This document shows, piece by piece, positions 9,849 to 21,042 of a stretch of 64,000 nt of DNA. The notes beneath the pieces are model-generated. The model made no database searches, was not told where the DNA came from, and worked only from the letters and a program-made list of their open reading frames with translations. Position numbers and translations under genes: made by a program. This DNA is from Nitrospirota bacterium. GTDB lineage: Bacteria; Nitrospirota; Thermodesulfovibrionia; Thermodesulfovibrionales; Dissulfurispiraceae. Every line of letters begins with the position of its first letter. Position 1 is the first letter of the stretch. Location: assembly GCA_040758355.1 (NCBI GenBank), contig JBFLWF010000006.1:1-64000 (forward strand). The letters are read 5' to 3'.

Positions 9849-10692
9849 TGGAGGGTTGGGGCATAAAATGCTCGATTAACTTGTAAACAGTGTTCTTGAG
9901 TTCCTTCCTCTCGACCACGACGTCTATCATCCCGTGTTCGAGAAGGAACTCTGCCCTCTGGAAGTTTTCAGGGAGTTGCTGTTTTATTGTCTGTTCGATT
10001 ACCCTCGGTCCTGCAAAACCTATGAGGCTTCTGGGTTCAGCTATGATGATGTCTCCCAGCATTGCAAAACTCGCGGTAACACCGCCGAATGTTGGATCTG
10101 CGAGTATGGCAATGTAGAGGACACCGGCCTCTTTGAGTTTTGAAATGGCTGCGGATACCTTTGCCATCTGCATGAGGGAGAACATGCCTTCCTGCATTCT
10201 TGCACCGCCTGATGATGATACGACTACCAGTGGTATCTTCTCGTCTAAAGCCCTTTCTGCAGCCCTGGATATTTTCTCTCCCACAACAGAGCCCATGCTG
10301 CCGCCCATGAATGAGAAATCCATAATGGCAAGGACAACATGCCTCTGGTTTATTGCAGCATCACCGTATATGGCAGCCTCTTTTAATCCGGTTTTCTTCT
10401 TGTTTTCTTCAAGCCTGTTTTTGTATGGCAGTGTGTCCTTAAAATCCAACGGATCGGTGGTAGAGAGTTCGGCATCCATTTCCACAAAACTGCCTTCGTC
10501 TGCTATGAGATTAATGCGCTCTGAAGCGCTGATCCTGAAGTGGTAGTTGCATTTCGGACATACCTGAAGGTTCTTTTCTATCTCTTTTTTGTAAATAATC
10601 TCCTTGCAGCTGTCGCATTTCACCCACAGCCCTTCAGGGATCTTTACCTTCTTCTCTGCCTTTACTTCCCTTGTCTTTTTAAACCAGGCCAC
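9835..10692 (-). CDS. accD: Acetyl-CoA carboxylase carboxyltransferase beta subunit
   Basis: GLWVKCDSC...CPKC zinc finger, FMGGSMGSVVGEK, SGGARMQEG, GFAGPRVIEQT; GTG start. Confidence 0.97.
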   Translation of the reverse strand: MAWFKKTREVKAEKKVKIPEGLWVKCDSCKEIIYKKEIEKNLQVCPKCNYHFRISASERINLIADEGSFVEMDAELSTTDPLDFKDTLPYKNRLEENKKKTGLKEAAIYGDAAINQRHVVLAIMDFSFMGGSMGSVVGEKISRAAERALDEKIPLVVVSSSGGARMQEGMFSLMQMAKVSAAISKLKEAGVLYIAILADPTFGGVTASFAMLGDIIIAEPRSLIGFAGPRVIEQTIKQQLPENFQRAEFLLEHGMIDVVVERKELKNTVYKLIEHFMPQPSNELS

Positions 10693-10694
10693 CT

Positions 10695-11489
10695 CTACCC
10701 GATCGCCTCCCTTAGTTTTTTTATAAACTCCTTTGCGCCTGCAGGGTGCTCGTAGAACTTTTTTACTATTGCACTTCCCACAATCACGCCATCGGCAATC
10801 TGTGAAACCCTCTTTGCATCTTCTGGCGTTGAAACCCCGAAGCCCATAGCTATAGGTTTATCAGTTGATTTTTTTACAGAAGCAATATGGCTTTTGAATG
10901 TCTCTTCAAGCGCCAGTCTTGATCCAGTTATCCCGGTTATAGAAACATAATACACAAATCCGATGGATGCGGATACTATCTGTTTTATCCTACCCTTTGT
11001 TGATGTTGGTGCAATCAGGAATATGGTGCTGAAGTTGGCATCACTGGACAGTTTAATGAAATCCTCTCCTTCTTCTGGCGGCAGGTCAGGGATTATCACA
11101 CCATCGATGCCTGCATCCACAGAATCTTTTATAAAGGCCTTTTCTCCATACTTAAATACAGGATTGTAGTATGTCATCAAAACTATCGGCACCCGTGTAC
11201 GCTGTCTGAGTTTTTTGACAAAGGGGATTATTTTTTTTAGCGTAACACCGGCCTTCAATGCCCTTTCTGCAGCCCTCTGTATTGTTGGTCCGTCTGCAAG
11301 GGGGTCAGAAAAAGGCACTCCAAGTTCTATAATGTCAGCGCCACACTCTGTTAATAGCATGACATGTTCCATGGTCTTTTCGAGATCGGGATCTCCTGCC
11401 ATGATGTACGGGATAAATGCCTTTTTGTTTTCGGATTTTAAGCTCTTAAATGTAGCTTCTATTCTGTTCAAAGACGATGTCTCCTTCAC
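10695..11489 (-). CDS. trpA: Tryptophan synthase alpha chain
   Basis: [32 protein letters not shown]. Confidence 0.97.
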   Translation of the reverse strand: MKETSSLNRIEATFKSLKSENKKAFIPYIMAGDPDLEKTMEHVMLLTECGADIIELGVPFSDPLADGPTIQRAAERALKAGVTLKKIIPFVKKLRQRTRVPIVLMTYYNPVFKYGEKAFIKDSVDAGIDGVIIPDLPPEEGEDFIKLSSDANFSTIFLIAPTSTKGRIKQIVSASIGFVYYVSITGITGSRLALEETFKSHIASVKKSTDKPIAMGFGVSTPEDAKRVSQIADGVIVGSAIVKKFYEHPAGAKEFIKKLREAIG

Positions 11490-12706
11490 AATTCTATCCC
11501 CTTAATCCTTGCCACCTGCTGCACATCCTTATCCCCGCGGCCTGATAGATTAACTATGATGATTTTATTTTTAGACAGAGATGGTGCAAGTTTAACAGCC
11601 TCTGCAATGGCATGGGCTGACTCAAGGGCAGGTATTATGCCCTCTGTTTCTGAAAGGAGTTCGAAGGCTGATAATGCCTCGCTGTCCGTGGCATATGTGT
11701 ATTGAACCCTTTTCATGTCCCTCAAATACGGATGCTCTGGGCCTATGGACGCATAATCCAGTCCTGCCGATACCGAATGTGTACCCAAAACATTGCCGTC
11801 ATCATCCTGAAGCAGATAGCTTTTGCATCCCTGAAAAACGCCAATGGAGCCTCCTGCAAATCTTGCTGCATGCTCTCCTGTCTCGATTCCCCTGCCCCCT
11901 GCCTCTACCCCGATCATTTTTATATCATCATTAAGGAATTCATAGAACAATCCCATGGCATTGCTGCCGCCGCCCACGCATGCTATTAGATAATCAGGCA
12001 ATTTGCCTTCTGCTTTAATAATCTGCTTCTTTGTCTCCCTGCCTATTACTGCCTGAAAATCCCTCACCATCACTGGAAATGGATGGGGTCCAAAAACAGT
12101 ACCAAGAACATAATGTGTAGTTCTAACATTTGTTGTCCAATCCCTCAATGCCTCGTTTATGGCATCCTTCAATGTCTTTGAGCCTATATTAACCTCATTA
12201 ACATTGGCGCCAAGCAGTTTCATTCTGAATACATTCAATGACTGCCTCTGTACATCCTCGGAGCCCATGTATATCTCGCACTCAAGTCCAACAAGGGAGG
12301 CGCCTGTTGCTGTTGCAACTCCATGCTGCCCTGCCCCTGTTTCTGCGATCAATCTCTTTTTGCCCATCTTTTTTGCGAGGAGTGCCTGTCCAAGTGCGTT
12401 GTTTATTTTATGCGCGCCTGTATGTGCCAAATCCTCGCGCTTTAAATATATCTTTGCCCCTCCTAAATGCTTTGTAAGCCTCTTTGCAAAATAAAGTGGG
12501 GTTGGTCTTCCGATGTATGTTTCCTGAAGGTGTTTCAGTTCCCTTTGGAATGATTTGTCCTTTTGGGCCTTTGAATATGCAGCCTCAAGTTCCTGAAGGG
12601 CTGGCATGAGCGTTTCAGGGACAAACCTTCCGCCGTATTGTCCGAAGTATCCCTTTTTGTCAGGTAAATTTTTAATTTTACTCCTCCTAACTATTACTTG
12701 CGCCAT
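11486..12706 (-). CDS. trpB: Tryptophan synthase beta chain
   Basis: [15 protein letters not shown] (PLP lysine), [18 protein letters not shown]. Confidence 0.97.
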   Translation of the reverse strand: MAQVIVRRSKIKNLPDKKGYFGQYGGRFVPETLMPALQELEAAYSKAQKDKSFQRELKHLQETYIGRPTPLYFAKRLTKHLGGAKIYLKREDLAHTGAHKINNALGQALLAKKMGKKRLIAETGAGQHGVATATGASLVGLECEIYMGSEDVQRQSLNVFRMKLLGANVNEVNIGSKTLKDAINEALRDWTTNVRTTHYVLGTVFGPHPFPVMVRDFQAVIGRETKKQIIKAEGKLPDYLIACVGGGSNAMGLFYEFLNDDIKMIGVEAGGRGIETGEHAARFAGGSIGVFQGCKSYLLQDDDGNVLGTHSVSAGLDYASIGPEHPYLRDMKRVQYTYATDSEALSAFELLSETEGIIPALESAHAIAEAVKLAPSLSKNKIIIVNLSGRGDKDVQQVARIKGIEL

Positions 12707-12765
12707 CAACTTTTTGAATTTGTTATTATATCATATATTTCTTTGTGATATACTGATTTAAAGAT

Positions 12766-13389
12766 ATGGTTAGGGTTAAGATCTGCGGTATAACAAATGT
12801 CGAGGATGCGCTGGCTGCAGTGGACTACGGTGCCGATGCCCTCGGATTCATCTTCTATGAAAAAAGCCCCAGGTGCATCTCTCCTGAAAAGGCGAGGGAG
12901 ATAATATCCCATCTGCCTCCATTTGTCACAACCACCGGTGTATTTGTGAATGAGGATACAGAGAAGATAAGGGAGATGATAAATTTCACCGGTATTAATG
13001 TCCTTCAACTGCACGGAGACGAATTGCCGGAGTCCTGCCGCATCTGGCACAGGGTTATAAAGGCATTCAGGCTAAGGGACTTTACCGATTTAAAACCCCT
13101 CGAAAAATACAGATGCTCTGCATTTTTGCTCGATACCTATTCCCCTGAATCCTTTGGAGGCACCGGACAGATATTCAACTGGGACATTGCAGTGGAGGCA
13201 AAGAGGTTCGGAAGGATTGTGCTCTCCGGCGGTCTTAATCCCGATAATATAGAAAAGGCTGTCATGTATGTAAGGCCTTATGCCGTGGACGTGAGCAGCG
13301 GAATAGAGGAAGAAAAGGGCAAGAAGGATTTAAAGAAGATGAGGGAGTTCATTGAGAAAGCTAAGGCTGTTCTGAAGCAACACGGATAA
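12766..13389 (+). CDS. trpF: Phosphoribosylanthranilate isomerase
   Basis: [26 protein letters not shown]. Confidence 0.96.
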   Translation: MVRVKICGITNVEDALAAVDYGADALGFIFYEKSPRCISPEKAREIISHLPPFVTTTGVFVNEDTEKIREMINFTGINVLQLHGDELPESCRIWHRVIKAFRLRDFTDLKPLEKYRCSAFLLDTYSPESFGGTGQIFNWDIAVEAKRFGRIVLSGGLNPDNIEKAVMYVRPYAVDVSSGIEEEKGKKDLKKMREFIEKAKAVLKQHG

Positions 13390-13741
13390 CGGTTTTCACA
13401 TTTCCACGCGGGTTGAAATCCCCGACTACTTCGAGAAATCTCGGCTTTAAAGCCTTTTTAAGTTCCGAATATATCCTGTTTGTTATCTCCTCGTGGGATA
13501 TGTGGACATCCCTGAATGAATTCAGATATAGCTTTAAAGCCTTTAATTCGATGATCTTTTTGTCAGGGATGTAATTTATCCTGATGGTTGCAAAGTCAGG
13601 ATAGCCAGACCTCGGACAGAGACAGGTGAATTCAGGGAATGTGATGTTAATCTCGTAATCCCTCTCAGGACTCGGATTATCCCATACCTCAAGTTTTGCC
13701 TTCTTTATTGCCTTGGTGCCGTATTTCATGGCGTAGCGCAT
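13361..13741 (-). CDS. queF: NADPH-dependent 7-cyano-7-deazaguanine reductase (short form); start may be 13729
   Basis: [32 protein letters not shown]. Confidence 0.93.
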   Translation of the reverse strand: MRYAMKYGTKAIKKAKLEVWDNPSPERDYEINITFPEFTCLCPRSGYPDFATIRINYIPDKKIIELKALKLYLNSFRDVHISHEEITNRIYSELKKALKPRFLEVVGDFNPRGNVKTVIRVASEQP

Positions 13742-13757
13742 AAAATTAAAGTAACAT

Positions 13758-14786
13758 TTAAGTTAAAAATTTTTCTACTGCATTAAAAACTGCTTCAATG
13801 CTTATATTCTCTGCCTTTCTGTTTTTATCCTGAAGAATCATGTGTTTTACGCCCCACGGCCTCCATATCACAGGATTCGTGGAGCCCCATATAGTCACAA
13901 TGGGCTTGCCCAGTGCTGCTGCTATATGCATTGCCCCTCCGTCACAACAAACAACGATATCTGCAAGGCTTAGTGCTGCAATGAGTTCTATCAGTTGTGT
14001 TGTTTTGCAGGCAATAATGCCCGTTTTTACTGAGTTAGCAATAACCTTTGCATTTTCGTCGTCTCCTGGATGATATGGATTTTTCTCGCTTCCCGGAGAC
14101 CATAAAAGCAATATATTAGCATCATAACGGCTGATAATAAGCCTTGCAAGCTCTATAAACCTATCAGCAGGCCATCTGTTCTCAGGACGCCTGCTGCTTA
14201 TGTGAAAGGCAATGAGTGGTTTTCCATTCTTAATACCAGCAGAGCTTAGAAAGTCTCTGATCTTTTGTGTCTCTTCTCCTTCAGGGAAAACACCTATCCG
14301 AGGCGGCATGCCATTTATGCCAAGTGGTGACAATAAATGAAAGGTTCTTTCGACTTCGTGGAGATGCTTTTCAGGTTCGTATAAGGGGATATTGTAGGAT
14401 TTTGATTTGTCGACACTCTTTGGCAGGTAGCCTATCCGTGCCAGTGCACCTGTCATGAAGGTGTATCTTGCGAGACTCGGAGAATACGAACCACAGCCGA
14501 TTGCGACATCGTATTGTTCTTTCCTTATTCTCAGGAGTACTTTTAAGTTGTTCCACCATACAGAAAATTTATTTTTATCCGGGACATGCTTTGCCTTCTC
14601 ATAAACATATATTTCATTTATGTCCGGATTGTTCCTTACAGCATCAGCATTGTAGGTGTTTACCAGTATTCCAATTTTTGCATCTGGATATTTTTCTCTC
14701 ACTGCATGAATCGCTGGAGTGGTGCAGATGAGATCCCCTATATTGTCACGGCGGATGAAGAGGATGCTATTGAGATGTTCTAACAT
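13758..14786 (-). CDS. Glycosyltransferase family 9 (heptosyltransferase-like)
   Basis: [26 protein letters not shown]. Confidence 0.9.
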   Translation of the reverse strand: MLEHLNSILFIRRDNIGDLICTTPAIHAVREKYPDAKIGILVNTYNADAVRNNPDINEIYVYEKAKHVPDKNKFSVWWNNLKVLLRIRKEQYDVAIGCGSYSPSLARYTFMTGALARIGYLPKSVDKSKSYNIPLYEPEKHLHEVERTFHLLSPLGINGMPPRIGVFPEGEETQKIRDFLSSAGIKNGKPLIAFHISSRRPENRWPADRFIELARLIISRYDANILLLWSPGSEKNPYHPGDDENAKVIANSVKTGIIACKTTQLIELIAALSLADIVVCCDGGAMHIAAALGKPIVTIWGSTNPVIWRPWGVKHMILQDKNRKAENISIEAVFNAVEKFLT

Positions 14787-14788
14787 TT

Positions 14789-16054
14789 TTATAGTTTCTT
14801 AGGCTTTTCCCTTTGACTTCCGAGAGCGCTAATTATTGCTGATGTTATTAGCCAGAATAGCCATGCATGATCCCGAATAAATAAATCATCGGTGAAATTT
14901 TTAATAATGACCCCTGCTATCATTGCAATACCGGCTATTGCATAAACAATAAAATCATTTTGACCCTTGATATTTGTGCATATAATCCACATTTTGCGCA
15001 AAGCAACCACGAAAAGCAGGCAAAATGCCAGAATGCCTGGGATGCCCATCTGAATCCCTTTGTTTAAAAGCATATTATGGGCGTGCCACGCATAAGCTTG
15101 TGTTTTTGCATATTCCGGATTTAACAGTTTGAAGGCTTCCCTTCCAAAACCACCCCCTGATAACGGCTGTTCTTTTATGTTTTTAAAAGCTACTTGCCAC
15201 CAGTTTAATCGTGGATCATCTGATAATGACTTCTGGGCTTTCCCTATCAAGATATTGTATGCAGTGAAGTTGTTTTCGTCTATGGCAAATCCACTTTTCT
15301 GTATAAGGGTAATAAGATTAAGAACAATCGTAACGATTAATAAACAAAGGCTTGCTGAAAGGAAAACTTTTTTCAGGGAAGGGAGGACACGATAATAGCT
15401 CGATAGACAAACAATCAAGATTATTTGTATGAAAAGAGCCTGCCAGGCAACTCTGTTAGCGGTGAAGTATAAGGCAATAATGTTGACAATAATAAGAAGG
15501 AATAATAAAAAAGCGATGCGTAAATTACGTTTTAAAGACAATAACGCCTGAACCCAAATGAACGGCATTACAAGAATTATGTATGAACTGAATTTGCCTA
15601 CACCTATATCAAAGGGTGCAGTTGCTATCATGGCATTATTTGATTTGAGCAATATATAAATCCCCTTAATTAATGCAGAGCAGACAAGAAAGATGTTGCC
15701 AATAATCAAGAGCCGTACTACCCGGGAAAATGAATGCTCATCTTTTACCCAAGCTGCAGCGATCAGTATAGTAATTATGCTATAACCTATTTCAAGCCAG
15801 ATTTCTCTTAAAGAATAGATTGGGTTGATCGCATAAAATAAGGAAAAAATGGAGATTGCAGTGTATATAACCCATGAATTAAACATTGGTATGTGCAGCC
15901 TGATCTCTTTTCGCCATGCCGCCCACAAGGTAACAGATAGGAGCGAAAAGAAGAGGAATTCACGTATCGTTGTTGTGTGCGCAACTGGTAATATCCATAT
16001 ATAACCAGCCAACAGCATAAAAGCAGCATGGTCGAGTTTTTTATTTTTAAGCAT
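14789..16054 (-). CDS. O-antigen ligase family (WaaL-like) membrane protein
   Basis: Many TM helices, R..WW..A...I.E.PL.GGGFG, HAHN..L...G..G; start set at the ATG overlapping the upstream stop. Confidence 0.85.
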   Translation of the reverse strand: MLKNKKLDHAAFMLLAGYIWILPVAHTTTIREFLFFSLLSVTLWAAWRKEIRLHIPMFNSWVIYTAISIFSLFYAINPIYSLREIWLEIGYSIITILIAAAWVKDEHSFSRVVRLLIIGNIFLVCSALIKGIYILLKSNNAMIATAPFDIGVGKFSSYIILVMPFIWVQALLSLKRNLRIAFLLFLLIIVNIIALYFTANRVAWQALFIQIILIVCLSSYYRVLPSLKKVFLSASLCLLIVTIVLNLITLIQKSGFAIDENNFTAYNILIGKAQKSLSDDPRLNWWQVAFKNIKEQPLSGGGFGREAFKLLNPEYAKTQAYAWHAHNMLLNKGIQMGIPGILAFCLLFVVALRKMWIICTNIKGQNDFIVYAIAGIAMIAGVIIKNFTDDLFIRDHAWLFWLITSAIISALGSQREKPKKL

Positions 16055-17165
16055 GAAGAATTTTCTCCTTGATAAGATCGATTTGTTTTCTCGCCCTTGA
16101 CTCCCATGTATAATCATATGCCTTTCGCCTCAATTTATCACCGTTTTGTTTTGCCGTCTCCGAAGCAGAAGCCAGCTTCTTTATTGCATCTGCAAGTGAA
16201 TGCGGGTTTCCCGGTTCAAACCATGTCGTATCATCGTCTTCTAATATCTCCCGCAGCGGGGGTATGTCACTGGCGACGATAGCACAGCCGGATGCCATAT
16301 ATTCAAAAAGCTTTAAGGGAGAAGTAAACGCACTTGTGGAGATGTTTCTATTTGGCAATATTGCAATGCATGAACCGTTTAAGGCAGCAATTGTTTCTTG
16401 ATGGGGAAGATGGCCAAGGAATACTATTTCGGCACCACCTGGATGGACATGCTCGCGAAGCTTTTCTATTTGATGGGGCTCCCCTCCGATTATGGTGATT
16501 TTGAAGCCTGACAGCCACTGCCCAGCCTCAACGAGGTCATGCACGCCTTTCCAGTCAAACAAACTTCCTGTATAGATTATATTGCGGTGGGCTTCTGTCC
16601 ATGGCTTTTCAGCTAACAGGTCCGGCACATTTACGCCGCTGGGTAAAACAAATATATCACGACCTGTAAGATACCTCTCCTTTAGTTTTTTTACCGTGCT
16701 GAGAGAGATAGCGGTGATCATGGAAGCCTTCTGCAAAACCATATCTTCCATTTTATGGAGTTTTGCACGCTTGTCCTCAGGTGCAACATCGGCAAATACT
16801 TCATGTGCTTCATATATGAGTGGAAGACGGGGAAAGCCGCACAGCAGAAAATAGGCAAGTTTGATATGGCGAACTATGACACACTCAGGCATTTTGCTGA
16901 CATTTTTAAGCCATCTTTTAAGTCTCCAGAAAAACAACCTATTTGACTGCATAGTACAGAGGCTTCTGGATAAAGGTATAAGCTTTACCGTATCCGGCTT
17001 CTTAAGACCATACGAAGAAAATGGATCAATCGCATCGCCTGCCGGAACATATGCGAAATATACAGTTACTCCATGAGAGGCCAGTGCACATATGAAGTGC
17101 GCTACCTGTACACCTCGGGCCATTGAAATGGGAAATGGTTCTGGAAAGACATAAAGTATTTCCAT
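16047..17165 (-). CDS. Glycosyltransferase family 4
   Basis: YEAHE, YTGSLFDWKG, SPLKLFEYMASG. Confidence 0.9.
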   Translation of the reverse strand: MEILYVFPEPFPISMARGVQVAHFICALASHGVTVYFAYVPAGDAIDPFSSYGLKKPDTVKLIPLSRSLCTMQSNRLFFWRLKRWLKNVSKMPECVIVRHIKLAYFLLCGFPRLPLIYEAHEVFADVAPEDKRAKLHKMEDMVLQKASMITAISLSTVKKLKERYLTGRDIFVLPSGVNVPDLLAEKPWTEAHRNIIYTGSLFDWKGVHDLVEAGQWLSGFKITIIGGEPHQIEKLREHVHPGGAEIVFLGHLPHQETIAALNGSCIAILPNRNISTSAFTSPLKLFEYMASGCAIVASDIPPLREILEDDDTTWFEPGNPHSLADAIKKLASASETAKQNGDKLRRKAYDYTWESRARKQIDLIKEKILHA

Positions 17166-17167
17166 GT

Positions 17168-17914
17168 TCAAATAGATTTTCGTTTTACTCCTTCTAAGAT
17201 AAGACAATCGCCGAATAATACTGTTTCTGAGGTAATCCCCATATCCGGGAAGCTGCGCTTTTTAATGTTATTACGGATTAAACGTGCAATCAATCTTTCA
17301 GTTATCCGTTTATACCATTGTGATTTATATAGAAGATTATTGGTGGATATTCTTGTAATCTGAACTCCTCCCTGCAAGAGGAAAAAGTTGAGCTGCCAGA
17401 AATAAATGGGACTGATGTGAGCATCGTCAAGTGACTTTTTCATAACCTCGAGAGGCTCTTGCATTAGTGGTTTGAATCTTGGGAAGTAGCCAGAGAGAAG
17501 ATACTTTAGTCTTGCGTCAACTGAAAATGTGTTAGGGGTTGTCAGGATAAGCCTGCCTCCCGGCTTAAGGACGCGGCATAACTCTTTAATAAAAATAAAT
17601 GGATTTTCAAAATGCTCTACACCTTCAATGCTAAAGACATTAGCAAAATATTCATCAGGAAAGGGTAGAGGATTAATCACATCATGTTGAATAAAATGCA
17701 CTTTTGGGTTAGATACCTTAAAATCATCGGAGTTTATGTCAAGACAGTAGATGTTGTCATATCCCAGCTTCAATAATTCTAAGGCGAATGCACCCTGTCC
17801 TGCAGGCACATCGAGAGTCAAACCATATGGTTTAATGTCCTCTATGAATTTTTGGATTGCTGGGTAGTGACTATCTGTTGCAAGTGCTTTGATTTCTGAC
17901 GATTTGGTTGTCAT
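17168..17914 (-). CDS. Class I SAM-dependent methyltransferase
   Basis: LDVPAGQG, EGVEHFENP, RVLKPGGRLILTTPN. Confidence 0.88.
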   Translation of the reverse strand: MTTKSSEIKALATDSHYPAIQKFIEDIKPYGLTLDVPAGQGAFALELLKLGYDNIYCLDINSDDFKVSNPKVHFIQHDVINPLPFPDEYFANVFSIEGVEHFENPFIFIKELCRVLKPGGRLILTTPNTFSVDARLKYLLSGYFPRFKPLMQEPLEVMKKSLDDAHISPIYFWQLNFFLLQGGVQITRISTNNLLYKSQWYKRITERLIARLIRNNIKKRSFPDMGITSETVLFGDCLILEGVKRKSI

Positions 17915-18038
17915 CTGTTTTATTCGTTTGCTGAAAATCGATCGTGTTTCTATAGTATAGAATTTTTAGCCATTGCATAGCAATTTTCTTCAAGCTAATA
18001 GCAAGAGATGAAAGATGAAATGCTTATGCATAAAAGAC

Positions 18039-19265
18039 CTAACCAAAATATTTATTTATCATTGCCAAGGTTTCTTCTGCTACTTTTTTAGGATGGAGTC
18101 TCTGGGCAAGTCGTCTTCCACTTTCTATCAACTCATTTTGTTCAGGGTGATGCAGGTGCTTTAAGATAGAATGCCCCCACGCTTCGGGATCCCTGTCAGG
18201 TATAATTTCACCGGCTTTCTCCTGCATCATCCAGTATGCCGACCCGGCCGTGGAAGATACAATTGAGAATGTTCCAACAAGAGCAGCCTCAATGATGGCA
18301 TAGTTAAATGTATCAATCACAGAGGGGGCAAGGTGTATATCGCCTGCAGAGAGATATTTTTTTACTTCAGCAAGCTGGATATGGCCGGCAAAAATGACAT
18401 GTTTGTCAACCCCTAACTTTTTTGAAAGTGCTTCCAAATATTCCCGATAACTGCCAATCCCGGGCACTATCCGATCGCCTCCGCAAATCATCAGGATGGT
18501 ATTCTTTTGTTGTTGGAGTACATAAGGCATGGAGCGTATTGCTAAATCCAGGCCTTTTACCGGAGCTATTTTGCACATGGTTACGAGCAGTTTTGTTTCT
18601 TCGTCGAAATGATGTTTAGCAAAGATTTCTGCGCGACAACGTTGCCTGAAGTCTTCATGGTTTTCGTTTTTATTAAGTCGCATCCATTTTGTGGTGTATA
18701 ACGGTATTACCTCTATCTTTTCTGCAGGGCATCCGCTCTCTATAAGAAAATCCCGCGTGACGTACGAGTTTGCCCTTATGAGGTCAGCGCGTCTATATAC
18801 CCACTGCCTTGCATGATGGACCCATGACTTATTTTCCCGTCCCGGATATTCGATGGGAATTTTCAGGTTGTTCAGATCATGAATTCCGACCATCCATCTG
18901 AATGGCAAAAAGAGATTGATAATCGCAACGAAGAAACCTGTCCAATCCCATTCCACTATGAATACGTCACAGTCTCTATTTCTTTTTATAAAACGATAGA
19001 TGGAGACCAGCATCGTAAAAAACCGCCTCTCCCCCAGAATTTTTTTGAACATCTTATCGAGAGCCGCAACATAGGGATGCCGCTTTTTGTCGTTAATTAC
19101 AAAGAACTCAACACCATTCTCATGAATATGCAAGAAATTTTTTGTGCCCGGTGAACGCCTATCATCGGTAAAAACGACTACCCTCTGACCTAAATCTGCG
19201 AGGGATTCTGCCATCTCGAGGAAGACAGAATTCCAGATGTCCGTAGCTATGATGCCGATCTTCAT
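18039..19265 (-). CDS. Glycosyltransferase family 4
   Basis: KGLD, PSVIDTFNYAIIEA GT-B motifs. Confidence 0.82.
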   Translation of the reverse strand: MKIGIIATDIWNSVFLEMAESLADLGQRVVVFTDDRRSPGTKNFLHIHENGVEFFVINDKKRHPYVAALDKMFKKILGERRFFTMLVSIYRFIKRNRDCDVFIVEWDWTGFFVAIINLFLPFRWMVGIHDLNNLKIPIEYPGRENKSWVHHARQWVYRRADLIRANSYVTRDFLIESGCPAEKIEVIPLYTTKWMRLNKNENHEDFRQRCRAEIFAKHHFDEETKLLVTMCKIAPVKGLDLAIRSMPYVLQQQKNTILMICGGDRIVPGIGSYREYLEALSKKLGVDKHVIFAGHIQLAEVKKYLSAGDIHLAPSVIDTFNYAIIEAALVGTFSIVSSTAGSAYWMMQEKAGEIIPDRDPEAWGHSILKHLHHPEQNELIESGRRLAQRLHPKKVAEETLAMINKYFG

Positions 19266-19272
19266 TTGTATA

Positions 19273-21015
19273 TCAATGCTCAAGCCAAAAGCGGTCTATT
19301 GCCAGACAATCCACTCGTTTGTCCATAAATGCCTTAATTGCTTCTTTCGGAGAACAGACTATCGGCTCCTCGTGCACATTAAAACTGGTATTGAGAACCA
19401 AAGGGATTCCGCTCATTTCGTAATAAGTCCCGATTAGTTTGTGGTAGAGGGGATTGGCTTTTTTAGTTACGAGTTGTGGCCGTGCTGTGCCATCGATATG
19501 CACTACTGCAGGTATGCGGTTGCGCCAATCATTCCTGACATCAAATGTAATGGTCATAAAGGCTGCTGTATGTCTGGCTTTTTCTACTCCGATAAAGATT
19601 TCATCAGCATGCTCTTCCATAACGCTGGGGGCGAAGGGCATAAATTCTGAACGTTCCAGGCGTTTATTAAGCCAATCGTTGATCGAAACATCGGTAGGGC
19701 GTGCCAGTATGCTGCGGTTGCCTAATGCACGCGGGCCGAACTCCATTCTGCCCTGAAACCAGCCCACGACCTGTCCCGAATGTATAGCCCCTGCTGCTAT
19801 CTGGAGAATTTCGTTTTCACTTTTCTGGCTAAAATGCAGTCCAGAGTTTATAAGTTCAGCCTCTATATCATCTTTATCGTATTCGGGCCCCCAATAAACA
19901 GAATCAATTGGTTGCTTCATCCTTTCAAACAGTTGTGGGTCGTGGGTCATCAAATCAAACAGGACAGCCCCGATACTGTTTCCTGTATCACTCATAGCTG
20001 GAAAAATAAAAACCTCTTTCACCTCTGGCAGCTCTGCAATGCGCTGGTTTAGCTTGACATTAGCAAAAACCCCACCGTTTAATGCAACATGGTCTGCACC
20101 CGTTTCTGACAGGAAGTTTCGGACCAGTGCGAGCACAACATCTTCGAGAACCTGCTGTGCAGCAGCAGAGATGTCCTCGCGGCTGTGGCCGGTTATCGCC
20201 TCTTTCAAAAAGTTATAGCGATTTGTTTCAGCATCGGGCAGCCCTGCAAAATCAGAATCGAGAGTTCGGCCGTCAGGGGAGAGCCGCAATGCCTTCGAGA
20301 ACTGTCTATAAAGGATGGAGGGATCGCCGTAAGCAGCCAGGCCGATAACCTTGCCCTCGTGGCGCAGAGGCATGAAGCCTAAGAGTCTTGTGATATGGCT
20401 GTAAAACAAACCTGCAGAGGTTCCCAGTTTGCTGGAGGCATAAAGTCGGTTAAGTCTCCCACTTTCGTAAATGCTTGAGGTATGACTGATATTGAAATCT
20501 CCGTTTCCATCCATGGTGAAGACAGCAGCGCGCTCAAAGCCGGAATAGTACGCGGCAGGCAGTGCATGGGCATCGTGGTGATCGTAAAACCTGACGCTTG
20601 AAAGGGCATCGAATTTTTCTCCCTTCAACATTTCCTTTTGAAGAAAGTGGTCATCGAAACGTTTGCCGCGCGATAATAGCCGTGTAAGGAGATTTTCCAG
20701 AAGTATGAGCGGGCGTTTTTCTCCTTTCAGCCTGCGCCGCAATCTGGACAGCTTGCGCTCGGCTTCTTTAAGGAAGGTTTCCCGGATGAAATATTCCTCA
20801 GGGAAAAAGGTGTACAGCAACGCCAGACGATCTACGTCTGCTCTTAAAATTCCAGCCATTTCTAAAACTTTATCGATGGAGCAGTCAGGAACCCTTCCTC
20901 CGTCATTTTTGATGCGTGTAAGCCTTTCTTCCGAAATTGCAGCCAAAAGGCTGCCGTTTTTGAAAACTACAGCAGATGATTCATGGCCAGAATGCATGCC
21001 CAGTATGATTGACAA
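19273..21015 (-). CDS. Carbamoyltransferase (NodU/CmcH family)
   Basis: HESSA, EERLTRIK, HHDAHA, EGKVIGLAAYG, GRMEFGPRALGNRS, NTSFNVHEEPIV. Confidence 0.95.
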   Translation of the reverse strand: MSIILGMHSGHESSAVVFKNGSLLAAISEERLTRIKNDGGRVPDCSIDKVLEMAGILRADVDRLALLYTFFPEEYFIRETFLKEAERKLSRLRRRLKGEKRPLILLENLLTRLLSRGKRFDDHFLQKEMLKGEKFDALSSVRFYDHHDAHALPAAYYSGFERAAVFTMDGNGDFNISHTSSIYESGRLNRLYASSKLGTSAGLFYSHITRLLGFMPLRHEGKVIGLAAYGDPSILYRQFSKALRLSPDGRTLDSDFAGLPDAETNRYNFLKEAITGHSREDISAAAQQVLEDVVLALVRNFLSETGADHVALNGGVFANVKLNQRIAELPEVKEVFIFPAMSDTGNSIGAVLFDLMTHDPQLFERMKQPIDSVYWGPEYDKDDIEAELINSGLHFSQKSENEILQIAAGAIHSGQVVGWFQGRMEFGPRALGNRSILARPTDVSINDWLNKRLERSEFMPFAPSVMEEHADEIFIGVEKARHTAAFMTITFDVRNDWRNRIPAVVHIDGTARPQLVTKKANPLYHKLIGTYYEMSGIPLVLNTSFNVHEEPIVCSPKEAIKAFMDKRVDCLAIDRFWLEH

Positions 21016-21042
21016 AAATGACTCCTTTTTAAAAAAGCAAAA

